Positions 18,084 through 25,542 of a DNA stretch of 31,399 bases are shown piece by piece. Positions within the stretch are counted from its first letter, which is position 1, and each line of letters begins with the position of its first letter. The stretch lies in the IMG/VR virus record IMGVR_UViG_3300001530_000192; one strand, 5' to 3'. The position numbers and the translations under genes were made by a program. Origin of the DNA: a virus. Below the pieces are notes generated by a model. The model made no database searches. It saw only the letters and a list, made by a program, of their open reading frames with translations, and was not told where the DNA came from.

Positions 18084-18284
18084 TTATAAAACATCAAAAA
18101 TATGATTTTCTATAGTTTCTTTATTATCTTTAATATTAACTTTCAACATATCTTTATCTGCTATACCTTTATCACCTAATGGATGCATTGTTTTTACTTC
18201 AAATAAGATATGTTTCAAATTGTATTTTTTAATAATTTTTATTGTTTCTTTTAACCAATCTATATATTCTTTGTCATTTAACAT
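18084..18284 (-). CDS. Hypothetical early protein.
   Basis: The start is reset to ATG 18284 (MLNDKEY...), which is preceded by AAAGAGGTG. Confidence 0.5.
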   Translation of the reverse strand: MLNDKEYIDWLKETIKIIKKYNLKHILFEVKTMHPLGDKGIADKDMLKVNIKDNKETIENHIFDVL

Positions 18285-18549
18285 TACAAGCACCTCTTTT
18301 TCTTTCATTATTCAAGTAATTTAGAAATTTTATCATTTCTAATAAACATTTGTCATCAAATACTGTTTCATCATCAGGATAAAAACAATATTTCCTCCAT
18401 CGAGAGTTGTATTTGACATATCCTAGTTTTATAAATTCATTTTGTTGATTTGTTATTTCATATATTGGTGTTTTTCTTCCATCAATATATTCAGGGAAAG
18501 CAGTCATATATTTACCTAACTTCATAAATGTTATTCCAATACTACTCAT
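18274..18549 (-). CDS. Hypothetical early protein.
   Basis: ORF track, 91 aa, with an ATGA start/stop overlap with the upstream gene. Confidence 0.55.
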   Translation of the reverse strand: MSSIGITFMKLGKYMTAFPEYIDGRKTPIYEITNQQNEFIKLGYVKYNSRWRKYCFYPDDETVFDDKCLLEMIKFLNYLNNERKRGACNVK

Positions 18550-18803
18550 TTCATCACCCCATTATCTAATTTTCTACCACAAAAAGGACAATAATTAATA
18601 TCAATATATCTTGCACCATCTAAAGTATCTATCATTAACCCTGCTTTTTTATCTGCTTTGCCTTTTAATATAAATAATTGAAGATAGTCTTGTAATAAAC
18701 AACTTCTGCTTTTATAACCTGCAGTTGGTTTTAATTCTGCTTGAGTGATTGGTTTTCCTGAAATATGATTATTAGACTCTTGGCAATAATTACATTTATT
18801 CAT
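18546..18803 (-). CDS. Small zinc-ribbon protein.
   Basis: CNYCQ...CPFCG motifs are present. The ATG at 18803 follows AAGAGGTG. Confidence 0.55.
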   Translation of the reverse strand: MNKCNYCQESNNHISGKPITQAELKPTAGYKSRSCLLQDYLQLFILKGKADKKAGLMIDTLDGARYIDINYCPFCGRKLDNGVMK

Positions 18804-19107
18804 ATTCACCTCTTAATAATTTATCTAAGTATTTTTCATCAGTATTTTTATAATCTACTTGTCTGCCGGTTTCAAAAAAATATTGAAGCATCGCTTTTGC
18901 ACAAGCACAAGGTAAATCACTACCATCACAATAATCACATGCATACCAATAACCACAAGCATTAAGTCCTGTTAAATCACTTTCTTTTCTAATTTTGTCA
19001 CTATCACAATAATTTTGAAATGCCTCTTTCCATTTCTTTTTATCATAATCAGTAACTACTGTTTTATCTATATATGGTGTATCATCAAACAATTTATTTT
19101 TATCCAA
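18796..19107 (-). CDS. Cys-rich hypothetical protein with a TTG start.
   Basis: 103 aa. TTG 19107 is preceded by AGGAGGT. The cysteine cluster CGYWYACDYCDGSDLPCACAK is present. Confidence 0.55.
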   Translation of the reverse strand: MDKNKLFDDTPYIDKTVVTDYDKKKWKEAFQNYCDSDKIRKESDLTGLNACGYWYACDYCDGSDLPCACAKAMLQYFFETGRQVDYKNTDEKYLDKLLRGEYE

Positions 19108-19118
19108 ATTGTTACCTC

Positions 19119-19217
19119 CTATCGATTATCAAAATATAAATAAACTATTAATCCTATTAAACCAATTAACCATCCAATATCAAACCAAATTATAAATTTT
19201 ACTACTTCTGCATCCAT
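19119..19217 (-). CDS. Possible 32-aa membrane peptide (not in the ORF track).
   Basis: Translation: MDAEVVKFIIWFDIGWLIGLIGLIVYLYFDNR. Its ATG lies 2 nt after the upstream stop. There is no clear SD sequence. Confidence 0.3.
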   Translation of the reverse strand: MDAEVVKFIIWFDIGWLIGLIGLIVYLYFDNR

Positions 19218-19218
19218 A

Positions 19219-19767
19219 TTAAATACTGTGTGGAGTTTCTACATATACAAATATTGCTTTTTTATAAGGAAGATTATTAGTTATTCTTGTTGCATCCTCT
19301 TCTGACATATCATCATTATTATCTAATAAATACTCTATATAATCTTCTTGTTCATCTTTATAAACAATATTCATATCATTCCACCCATAAGGTTCAACTG
19401 TGGCATATTCTTTAATTTTTGCTTTTCCAAACTCACCCATCCAATAGCCACAATCACCACCTACTATTTCATAATCAACATAAGCATATATTGGTAAATT
19501 AGGATTATTTTTAATTAATTCTATAAGATTATTATTATTTATATCATTGTTTATATTTTCAACAAGTTCCATAGTAAATTTAATATTTTTACTTTGATTT
19601 TCATAGTTAAGTGTATTACAATAATATTTCGCTTTATCTTCTTCATAAATACCTGCTTCTTCTATTTCCATAGTTGGTATAACTCTTAAAGTAGGTTCTA
19701 TATCAAATACTATTGCTTTAACATAACCATAATTATCAATTCTAATTCTATATAATTTATTTTTCAT
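19219..19767 (-). CDS. Hypothetical early protein.
   Basis: ORF track, 182 aa. Confidence 0.6.
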   Translation of the reverse strand: MKNKLYRIRIDNYGYVKAIVFDIEPTLRVIPTMEIEEAGIYEEDKAKYYCNTLNYENQSKNIKFTMELVENINNDINNNNLIELIKNNPNLPIYAYVDYEIVGGDCGYWMGEFGKAKIKEYATVEPYGWNDMNIVYKDEQEDYIEYLLDNNDDMSEEDATRITNNLPYKKAIFVYVETPHSI

Positions 19768-19790
19768 TTTATTTTCCTTTCTTATATATC

Positions 19791-20036
19791 TTAAAATGGT
19801 ATAGTTGTTGCTAATATTTCTATAATTTGTATATCAGAGTTATTTTTATGTACTAAATCATCAGTATATGTTTTTTGATAATACTCTAATTTAGTATCAA
19901 TACTTTTGTTGTAATTCATAATGATTTCAGGTTCTTCTTGATTAGGCATTTTTAATTTAATAACCATATCTAATCCTTTTTCTTTAACATCTTTAAAAAA
20001 TTGAACCATTTCTTTCATTGTTAGTTTATCTTCCAT
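19791..20036 (-). CDS. Hypothetical early protein.
   Basis: ORF track, 81 aa, abutting the upstream gene. Confidence 0.55.
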   Translation of the reverse strand: MEDKLTMKEMVQFFKDVKEKGLDMVIKLKMPNQEEPEIIMNYNKSIDTKLEYYQKTYTDDLVHKNNSDIQIIEILATTIPF

Positions 20037-20321
20037 CTATTTCACCTCGATTTCTTGATATGTTTTTAATATTTCATCAAATTCTTTAGATGTTTCTTTT
20101 AAATTACATAAATAATAAATAGATGCATCTTTATTAAATGAAAATACTTCTTTATATAAATTTTCAGTAAATCTTCTATCTTTTGCATATACTGTTACTT
20201 TATCTTTTCTAGGTATAATATGTAAATCAATACCTCTTATCAATGCTCTACCTTTAAAAATGTGTATAACTTTTTTATATAAATAATTATTAATAATCTT
20301 TTCTATTTTTCTTTCTATCAT
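20037..20321 (-). CDS. Hypothetical early protein.
   Basis: ORF track, 94 aa, with GGAGG upstream. Confidence 0.55.
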   Translation of the reverse strand: MIERKIEKIINNYLYKKVIHIFKGRALIRGIDLHIIPRKDKVTVYAKDRRFTENLYKEVFSFNKDASIYYLCNLKETSKEFDEILKTYQEIEVK

Positions 20322-20323
20322 TA

Positions 20324-20497
20324 TCTATACCTCCAATATTTTTGACACATTTCATTATCAAAAAACTCATTTAATGGCATTGTTGAACACTTATAATCAA
20401 TAATAAAATCATTCACCTCATAGATTATGAAACACACAAAGGCAAATATAAATAAAATCAATAATATTAATAATATATTTTTAATCTTTTTGTTCAT
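20324..20497 (-). CDS. Small membrane protein (57 aa), not in the ORF track.
   Basis: AAGGAGGATAAAA precedes ATG 20497. Hand translation: MNKKIKNILLILLILFIFAFVCFIIYEVNDFIIDYKCSTMPLNEFFDNEMCQKILEV, ending at TAG 20324-20326. One TM helix is predicted. Confidence 0.6.
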
Positions 20498-20702
20498 TTT
20501 TATCCTCCTTTGGTTTTACATAGGTAATTCCTTTACCATTCTTATCTCTTGAAGTAAATGATATTTTACATAGTTTACTTTTGGCTTTAAAATATTTTTG
20601 TTTTTCTTTAAAATCCAATTTTGCAACTTCTTCTTCTGATATGTTAGTTATTTTTAATAATTCTTGTAATTTCTTTTCTCTTTTAATAGCATCATTTATC
20701 AT
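20481..20702 (-). CDS. Hypothetical K/E-rich small protein.
   Basis: ORF track, 73 aa. Confidence 0.5.
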   Translation of the reverse strand: MINDAIKREKKLQELLKITNISEEEVAKLDFKEKQKYFKAKSKLCKISFTSRDKNGKGITYVKPKEDKNEQKD

Positions 20703-21048
20703 TTTTGCTTACCTCCTCATTAATTCTTTCTATTTGTCTATCAACTTTAAATTTCATAACTTCCTTAACATCTGCATCAGAAATGTTATAGTATAATTGC
20801 ATTTGTTTTAACATCACCATTACATCTGCAATTTCTTCTTTAATAGCATCTGTACTACTAACTGCTTTTCTATTATTTAAACTAGCCATAATTGGCTCTA
20901 ATGCATTACATACAATATCAATAGGGTTTCTTTTCCTTTCTTCATATTGAATAACTGCTTCATTTAATTCAAATATTTCACTTTGAAAATACTTTAATTG
21001 TTTTTTTATTCCATAGTAATTAATTATTTTTCGTAATCTCTTATTCAT
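20692..21048 (-). CDS. MazG-like nucleotide pyrophosphohydrolase (tentative).
   Basis: 118 aa. It has ..QSEIFELNEA.. and ..EEIADVMVMLKQ.. helices resembling the MazG-like family (from memory). Confidence 0.45.
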   Translation of the reverse strand: MNKRLRKIINYYGIKKQLKYFQSEIFELNEAVIQYEERKRNPIDIVCNALEPIMASLNNRKAVSSTDAIKEEIADVMVMLKQMQLYYNISDADVKEVMKFKVDRQIERINEEVSKNDK

Positions 21049-21416
21049 ATAGCATAGTCCTTTCTTTTCATCTGCATAATTAAATCAATTTTAAATTTAT
21101 CTTTATTATCTCTATAACAAATACCTTTATAGGTATCTAGACTAGACATATAACCATCTAAAAGGAATTGTGAGGGTTCAATGTTTTCCATAATGATTTC
21201 ACCTTTATAGACTCTATAAACTAATTCAATTGTTCCATAAACAAATTTAAACTCTTTTGATGCTTTTAATTCTCTACGATATATACCATCAGGAACTGAT
21301 GCATCTAATTCTTTTTTAACTTTAAATATTAATTGTTTATAGGCAATAGGACAATATGTTTTTAGACTCCTTAACTTTTTATTAAAATCATTCTCATTTA
21401 TATATAAAAGTCGCAT
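21045..21416 (-). CDS. Hypothetical protein.
   Basis: The start is reset to ATG 21416 (MRLLYINEND), which is preceded by AAAGGAGGG. Confidence 0.55.
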   Translation of the reverse strand: MRLLYINENDFNKKLRSLKTYCPIAYKQLIFKVKKELDASVPDGIYRRELKASKEFKFVYGTIELVYRVYKGEIIMENIEPSQFLLDGYMSSLDTYKGICYRDNKDKFKIDLIMQMKRKDYAI

Positions 21417-21433
21417 TGTATTCCCTCCTTTCA

Positions 21434-21673
21434 CTACTTTTCACCTCTTAATAAAGATTTCAAAGTCTTATTTTTGGCTCTTAAATTCTTATTTTCCTTT
21501 CTTAATCGTGATATCTCACTTGGTTCTTGTAATTTTTCCATAAATGTTTTAAATAATTCATCTTTGATTGTATCTTCTAATGCACCTTTTTCTACCTCTA
21601 ATGAATTTATCTTATGGATTAATTGAATTTTACTGAAACTAAAGATGTCTTTGATTTTCATTTTCTTCGCCAT
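21434..21673 (-). CDS. Hypothetical coiled-coil protein.
   Basis: ORF track, 79 aa. The start is uncertain (21673 or 21661). Confidence 0.45.
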   Translation of the reverse strand: MAKKMKIKDIFSFSKIQLIHKINSLEVEKGALEDTIKDELFKTFMEKLQEPSEISRLRKENKNLRAKNKTLKSLLRGEK

Positions 21674-22070
21674 CTTCTCTTAACCTACCTTTCAAATATT
21701 TTTTTAAATGATAATATGGGGTAGTTCTTTCAAAATTAAGTTCTTTACCTATTTGATGCCAATTCTTACCATCTATAAATCTTGCTCGGATAATTACTCT
21801 GACATTACTATCCTCGATTGTTTCAAGAAAGTTTTCTATCTTTAATTGTTCATCTAATAACTTATCTTGTTTCTTTTTAAGTATCATTTCTAATTTTGAT
21901 TTTTTAATAACTAAACTTTCAACAGGATTACCAACATGTCCTGAACCTTGTGGCATTCCTGATATTTTTGGACTTCCAATCGTTGTATCATCTAATTCTT
22001 TTAAATTTGCCTTTATTTGCTCTATTTCAAGTTTTATTACATGATACTTTGATAATTCATCTATTGTCAT
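21639..22070 (-). CDS. Sigma-70 region-4-like / DUF1492-type phage transcriptional regulator (candidate late-gene regulator).
   Basis: 143 aa. The IKLEIEQIK..L...........ISGMPQGSG pattern and the C-terminal HTH-like segment (RVIIRARFIDGKNWHQIGKELNFERTTPYYHLKK) support the call. The family assignment is from memory. Confidence 0.5.
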   Translation of the reverse strand: MTIDELSKYHVIKLEIEQIKANLKELDDTTIGSPKISGMPQGSGHVGNPVESLVIKKSKLEMILKKKQDKLLDEQLKIENFLETIEDSNVRVIIRARFIDGKNWHQIGKELNFERTTPYYHLKKYLKGRLREDGEENENQRHL

Positions 22071-22486
22071 TTCATCACCTCTTTATATTCAATTTCTTTT
22101 ATTTGATTGTAATTTAATGCTTTAATATCAGATATAACATCATTTGGTATATTTTCAGGAAATTCTTTGTGTAATGAATACCAATCAACCATATCTAATA
22201 AGTATTTTTTATTTTTAGGATTACTATTTTCAATTACTTCAATATAATAATTTTTTAGACTCTTTCTATATTCATCTATAATATCTGCTAATGTAGGCAT
22301 AAACTTATTATTTCTAATAATTACTTTAATAGCATTTAGTAAGGCAATAGGATGAAAACTACCTAATTCTTCCTGATACATACTTACTAATCCTAGAAAC
22401 TCTTCATCGGTCAAATCTTTAAAATAGTAAGGATATGCAATTTTAAATTTTGCTATAACAATACTAATTAACTTTGATTGTTCCAT
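22067..22486 (-). CDS. Possible helicase loader (SPP1 G39P-like).
   Basis: 139 aa, downstream of the replisome organizer. The pattern ..KIAYPYYFKDLTDEEF......Y.........P..L..AI......N.FMPTLADII recalls G39P-type loaders. Confidence 0.4.
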   Translation of the reverse strand: MEQSKLISIVIAKFKIAYPYYFKDLTDEEFLGLVSMYQEELGSFHPIALLNAIKVIIRNNKFMPTLADIIDEYRKSLKNYYIEVIENSNPKNKKYLLDMVDWYSLHKEFPENIPNDVISDIKALNYNQIKEIEYKEVMK

Positions 22487-23261
22487 TATGAATACCTTTT
22501 AATATTTCCATTTGACTATCAACCTTGACCGATTTATTAGTAGAATAATCATCATTCCAACATTTCTGATTGAACCATGTTGAACCATGTTTTATAAACT
22601 TACTATCAACTTTTTCTAATTTAATATAATTAATATAATTCTTTAAACCTTGTGCAACTTCTTCATAAGTTGTTCCTTGTTTTCTAGCGAGTATATATTT
22701 ATTTTTGGCTTGGTCTTTTCCTTTTTTATTAGGATAATGTGACCATAGTTTTTCAAATTCTTCTTCATATTGTTTTTTTAATTCGTTGCTATCAGAAATA
22801 GGTAAAAGTGATTGCTCATTATATTTATCCTCATCTATACTATCCTGACTTATCCTATCCTGTCCTATCCTATCCTGTGTATCCATTTGGTATCCATTTG
22901 GTATACCACCACTTGAATTTTTCAATACATAACCATCATTAGGTTTTAAATCTAACATTGCCTTTTCTTCTGTATATACAGTAGGTTTATATCTATCATT
23001 TCTAATATAGTTGTGAATTTTCCAATGCTTAATAACCACAATTCCTTTATCAAATGGAATTATAAATTTTCTTAAAATTAAGATGTTCATATCATCATTT
23101 GAAGCACCACATATCTTCATTATTTTTTTAGGACTATTTACAAAGCCATCATCATCGGCTCTCATTCCTAAATCATAGTAAAGTAGTCTTGCACTCATTG
23201 GCATTTCTAAAAATGCATCACTATCTATTATTGTTTTTGCAAACATTCTTCTTTCTGCCAT
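22464..23261 (-). CDS. Phage replisome organizer (DnaD-like, Phage_rep_org_N type).
   Basis: The N-terminus MAERRMFAKTIIDSDAFLEMPMSARLLYYDLGMRADDDGFVNSPKKIM is the characteristic replisome-organizer N-domain. The gene contains an internal iteron cluster. Confidence 0.8.
   Translation of the reverse strand: MAERRMFAKTIIDSDAFLEMPMSARLLYYDLGMRADDDGFVNSPKKIMKICGASNDDMNILILRKFIIPFDKGIVVIKHWKIHNYIRNDRYKPTVYTEEKAMLDLKPNDGYVLKNSSGGIPNGYQMDTQDRIGQDRISQDSIDEDKYNEQSLLPISDSNELKKQYEEEFEKLWSHYPNKKGKDQAKNKYILARKQGTTYEEVAQGLKNYINYIKLEKVDSKFIKHGSTWFNQKCWNDDYSTNKSVKVDSQMEILKGIHNGTIKVN
22826..22902. repeat. Iteron cluster (candidate origin of replication) inside the replisome-organizer gene.
   Basis: TATCC occurs 8 times. 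tatcctatcctgt occurs twice (22851-22863 and 22866-22878). atccatttggt occurs twice in tandem (22881-22902). Confidence 0.6.
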
Positions 23262-23269
23262 TGTGCCAC

Positions 23270-23389
23270 CTACTTTCCAATCATTTTTTTAATTTCTTTA
23301 TACATTGAAATAAGTAAAATACTTAATATAAACACCCCTAAACTAATTAAAATTACTGCTCCAAAAAACTTTAAAATACTTATAATCAT
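23270..23389 (-). CDS. Small membrane peptide (39 aa), not in the ORF track.
   Basis: It has an ATGA start/stop overlap with the upstream gene. Translation: MIISILKFFGAVILISLGVFILSILLISMYKEIKKMIGK, ending at TAG 23270-23272. Confidence 0.45.
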   Translation of the reverse strand: MIISILKFFGAVILISLGVFILSILLISMYKEIKKMIGK

Positions 23390-23628
23390 ATATCTTCCAC
23401 CTCCTCTAAATCCTTTACAAGGTGATAGATTGCATAACTTGTAGTATGACCATATCTATTTTTGCCTTGAACCATTTCAGTTTCTATTCCAAAACCTCTT
23501 TCTCGTAAAATAAATATTATTCCTGATAATCTAGTTGCTCCAAATCTTTTGATTGCCTCATAAGAAGTGATTTGTTTATGTTTTCTTAAATATGCGATTA
23601 TTTCGGATGTTTGACTCTTTTTACTCAT
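23386..23628 (-). CDS. Winged-helix DNA-binding protein.
   Basis: 80 aa. The pattern ..IIAYLRKHKQITSYEAIKRFGATRLSGIIFILRERGF.. is typical of small phage wHTH proteins. Confidence 0.5.
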   Translation of the reverse strand: MSKKSQTSEIIAYLRKHKQITSYEAIKRFGATRLSGIIFILRERGFGIETEMVQGKNRYGHTTSYAIYHLVKDLEEVEDI

Positions 23629-23630
23629 AA

Positions 23631-23828
23631 CTACACCCCCAAATAATCTGCAACTTCTTTACTACCTGTACAAACTTGGATAATTCCACCTTTACATGTG
23701 TAATTTCCTGCAGGTGTAGTTTTAGTTGTTTCTAAAGTAAATAATTGATATATAGCGATTGATACAATTGCACTTACAATTGCTACTAATGTATATTTAA
23801 CCCATGGTCTTAATCTTCTTTTAGTCAT
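23631..23828 (-). CDS. Small membrane protein.
   Basis: 65 aa with one TM helix (YTLVAIVSAIVSIAIYQLF). Confidence 0.5.
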   Translation of the reverse strand: MTKRRLRPWVKYTLVAIVSAIVSIAIYQLFTLETTKTTPAGNYTCKGGIIQVCTGSKEVADYLGV

Positions 23829-24012
23829 TTTTTTCTGCCTCCTTTATTCCTAAATATTGATAAAACATATCAGGGTAAATAATATAGTTCCATCTTTTAT
23901 TTACCTTTACTGCCGAACCAAATGGCAATCTTCCTGTTTGTAATCCAACTCGAATAAATTGAGCAGATTTATGCATCAATGCAGATGCTTCTTTAATTGT
24001 AATTTTCTTCAT
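23821..24012 (-). CDS. Excisionase-family / MerR-like HTH DNA-binding protein.
   Basis: 63 aa. The ITIKEASALMHKSAQFIRVGLQTGRLPFG pattern is present. Confidence 0.45.
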   Translation of the reverse strand: MKKITIKEASALMHKSAQFIRVGLQTGRLPFGSAVKVNKRWNYIIYPDMFYQYLGIKEAEKND

Positions 24013-24042
24013 AAAAAATCCATTCCTTTCTTATAATTTGTT

Positions 24043-24070
24043 TTTTGTTTTTTAGTTTGTCAGACTAATT
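24043..24070. repeat. Left arm of the perfect 28-bp inverted repeat bracketing the immunity region.
   Basis: ttttgttttttagtttgtcagactaatt is the exact reverse complement of 25431-25458. Confidence 0.9.
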
Positions 24071-24305
24071 ATTGAGTTTTCTCAACTTTTTCTGTAAAAA
24101 AATATAATGGGATATCATGTGCTTCAATATTTAATAACTTACTTGATTTAATGATTTCAGTTTGAGTAAATGAAACACCTTTAGATAATTTCTTGTATAA
24201 ACTATAAGTAGATATTCCTAACTGCTCTGCAAATGATGATTGTGTATTAAATACTTCACGAATTTTACCTTTTAATTTACTATAATCAAATTCTAGTTTC
24301 ATCAT
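24069..24305 (-). CDS. Cro-like XRE-family HTH regulator.
   Basis: 78 aa. The HTH segment is SSFAEQLGISTYSLYKKLSKG. It is divergent from the CI-like repressor across the operator region. Confidence 0.75.
   Translation of the reverse strand: MMKLEFDYSKLKGKIREVFNTQSSFAEQLGISTYSLYKKLSKGVSFTQTEIIKSSKLLNIEAHDIPLYFFTEKVEKTQ
24071..24086. promoter_or_regulatory. Operator palindrome copy (15/16 match), lying in the 3' end of the cro-like gene.
   Basis: attgagttttctcaac compared with the consensus GTTGAG-TTTT-CTCAAC. Confidence 0.55.
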
Positions 24306-24325
24306 CTTTCACCTCCCTCTATCTT

Positions 24326-24341
24326 GTTGAGTTTTCTCAAC
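24326..24341. promoter_or_regulatory. Operator palindrome, perfect copy.
   Basis: gttgagttttctcaac has perfect 6-bp inverted arms and a 4-nt spacer. It lies just downstream of the cro-side -10 element. Confidence 0.65.
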
Positions 24342-24350
24342 TACAATAAA

Positions 24351-24379
24351 AGTATAGCAAAATAATTTTTAAATTGCAA
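24351..24379 (-). promoter_or_regulatory. Early lytic promoter for the cro-like operon.
   Basis: Minus strand reads TTGCAA (24379-24374), a 17-nt spacer, then TATACT (24356-24351). Confidence 0.55.
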
Positions 24380-24387
24380 TAGAAAAA

Positions 24388-24403
24388 AATGATTTTTCTC
24401 AAC
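24388..24403. promoter_or_regulatory. Operator palindrome, degenerate copy (13/16).
   Basis: aatgatttttctcaac. Confidence 0.45.
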
Positions 24404-24428
24404 TTTTTTATTTTTTTTGACATCTTTT

Positions 24429-24444
24429 GTTGATTTTTCTTAAT
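24429..24444. promoter_or_regulatory. Operator palindrome, degenerate copy (13/16), overlapping the repressor-side -35 element.
   Basis: gttgatttttcttaat. Confidence 0.4.
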
Positions 24445-24458
24445 TTTATGTTTATAAT
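24430..24458 (+). promoter_or_regulatory. Candidate repressor (maintenance) promoter.
   Basis: TTGATT (24430-24435), a 17-nt spacer, then TATAAT (24453-24458), upstream of the RBS AGAGGTGG and GTG 24484. Confidence 0.45.
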
Positions 24459-24483
24459 AATTAATGTAAAGAGGTGGTATTTT

Positions 24484-25173
24484 GTGATTGTAGATACATT
24501 TGCAAGTAGGCTAAATATTGCAATGAAAGAATGTAAAATGAAGCAAGTTGACTTGGCAAATAAGACAGGAATAGATAAATCTCTTATAAGTAACTATTTG
24601 TCAGGAAACTATCAAGCCAAACAAAACAACATTTATAAATTAGCGAAAGCATTAAATGTCAGTGAGAGTTGGTTGATGGGATACGATGTTGACATGGATA
24701 GAGAATGGTTTGATGATAAAGAACCATCTGAAATATCAATTGACAATGCTATATATCTAGAAGCAACTACAAAGACAGTTAAAATACCTCTACTTGGCAA
24801 AGTTCCTGCAGGTGTACCTATTGAGGCAATAGAAGATATAATTGGTTATGAAGATATTCCTTATAAATGGGTACAAAATGGCACTAGATACTTTGCTCTT
24901 AAAGTTGATGGAAATAGTATGTATCCTGATTATCATACAGGCGATACAATAATAATTAGACAACAACCTGATTGCGAGTCTGGTGATGATTGTGTTGTTA
25001 TGGTAAATGGTGATGATGCAACATTTAAAAGAGTTATCAAACAAGAAAAGAGTATAATATTGAAGCCATTAAACAATGAATATGAACCATATTTATTTAA
25101 TGAATACGATATATTAACAAAACCTGTTAAAATCGTAGGTGTAGCAGTAGAAGTAAGAAGAAAGTTGAGGTAA
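24484..25173 (+). CDS. CI/LexA-like repressor (XRE HTH plus S24 peptidase domain).
   Basis: The HTH is KMKQVDLANKTGIDKSLISNYLSG. The C-terminal S24-like region contains ..ALKVDGNSMYPDY..GD.....FKRV. The start is reset to GTG 24484 after AGAGGTGG. The ORF-track N-terminus (MLIFLNF...) lies in the promoter region. Confidence 0.85.
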   Translation: MIVDTFASRLNIAMKECKMKQVDLANKTGIDKSLISNYLSGNYQAKQNNIYKLAKALNVSESWLMGYDVDMDREWFDDKEPSEISIDNAIYLEATTKTVKIPLLGKVPAGVPIEAIEDIIGYEDIPYKWVQNGTRYFALKVDGNSMYPDYHTGDTIIIRQQPDCESGDDCVVMVNGDDATFKRVIKQEKSIILKPLNNEYEPYLFNEYDILTKPVKIVGVAVEVRRKLR

Positions 25174-25177
25174 TTAT

Positions 25178-25387
25178 ATGGGTGCTAGAGTAAGAACAAT
25201 TAATAAAATTGGAAATGGTAGATATTTTACTACAAGTTGGAAAGTAAGCGACTACTTAATATGTAATATATTATATTTTGTATTCTTCTACTCTTATTTT
25301 TTAATTTTTAAATATTTATTCTATGTTCCAATTAAATGGTGTGTAGTAAAGATAATTGATATTTTTAAATCCAAAAAACAATCATAA
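25178..25387 (+). CDS. Small membrane protein co-transcribed with the repressor (possible superinfection exclusion protein).
   Basis: 69 aa. GAGG lies 7 nt before the ATG. The core is hydrophobic. The functional call rests on position only. Confidence 0.45.
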   Translation: MGARVRTINKIGNGRYFTTSWKVSDYLICNILYFVFFYSYFLIFKYLFYVPIKWCVVKIIDIFKSKKQS

Positions 25388-25430
25388 AAAAAGACCTACT
25401 GCTCGAACAGTAAGTCAAATGAAAAATCAC

Positions 25431-25458
25431 AATTAGTCTGACAAACTAAAAAACAAAA
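25431..25458. repeat. Right arm of the perfect 28-bp inverted repeat bracketing the immunity region.
   Basis: aattagtctgacaaactaaaaaacaaaa is the exact reverse complement of 24043-24070. Confidence 0.9.
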
Positions 25459-25542
25459 TATAAGATATAATGTTATGGATTTTTCTATTTCATTATATCA
25501 AATATTCACCGAAAATACAATGGAAATGGAGGATTTTGATAG

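Noticed and set aside
25386-25416. The hairpin gacctactg/cagtaagtc after the small membrane ORF as a terminator of the repressor operon.
   Set aside because: It has one C-A mismatch. Its T-run is on the wrong (minus) strand for the plus-strand operon, so it is at best a weak or bidirectional element.
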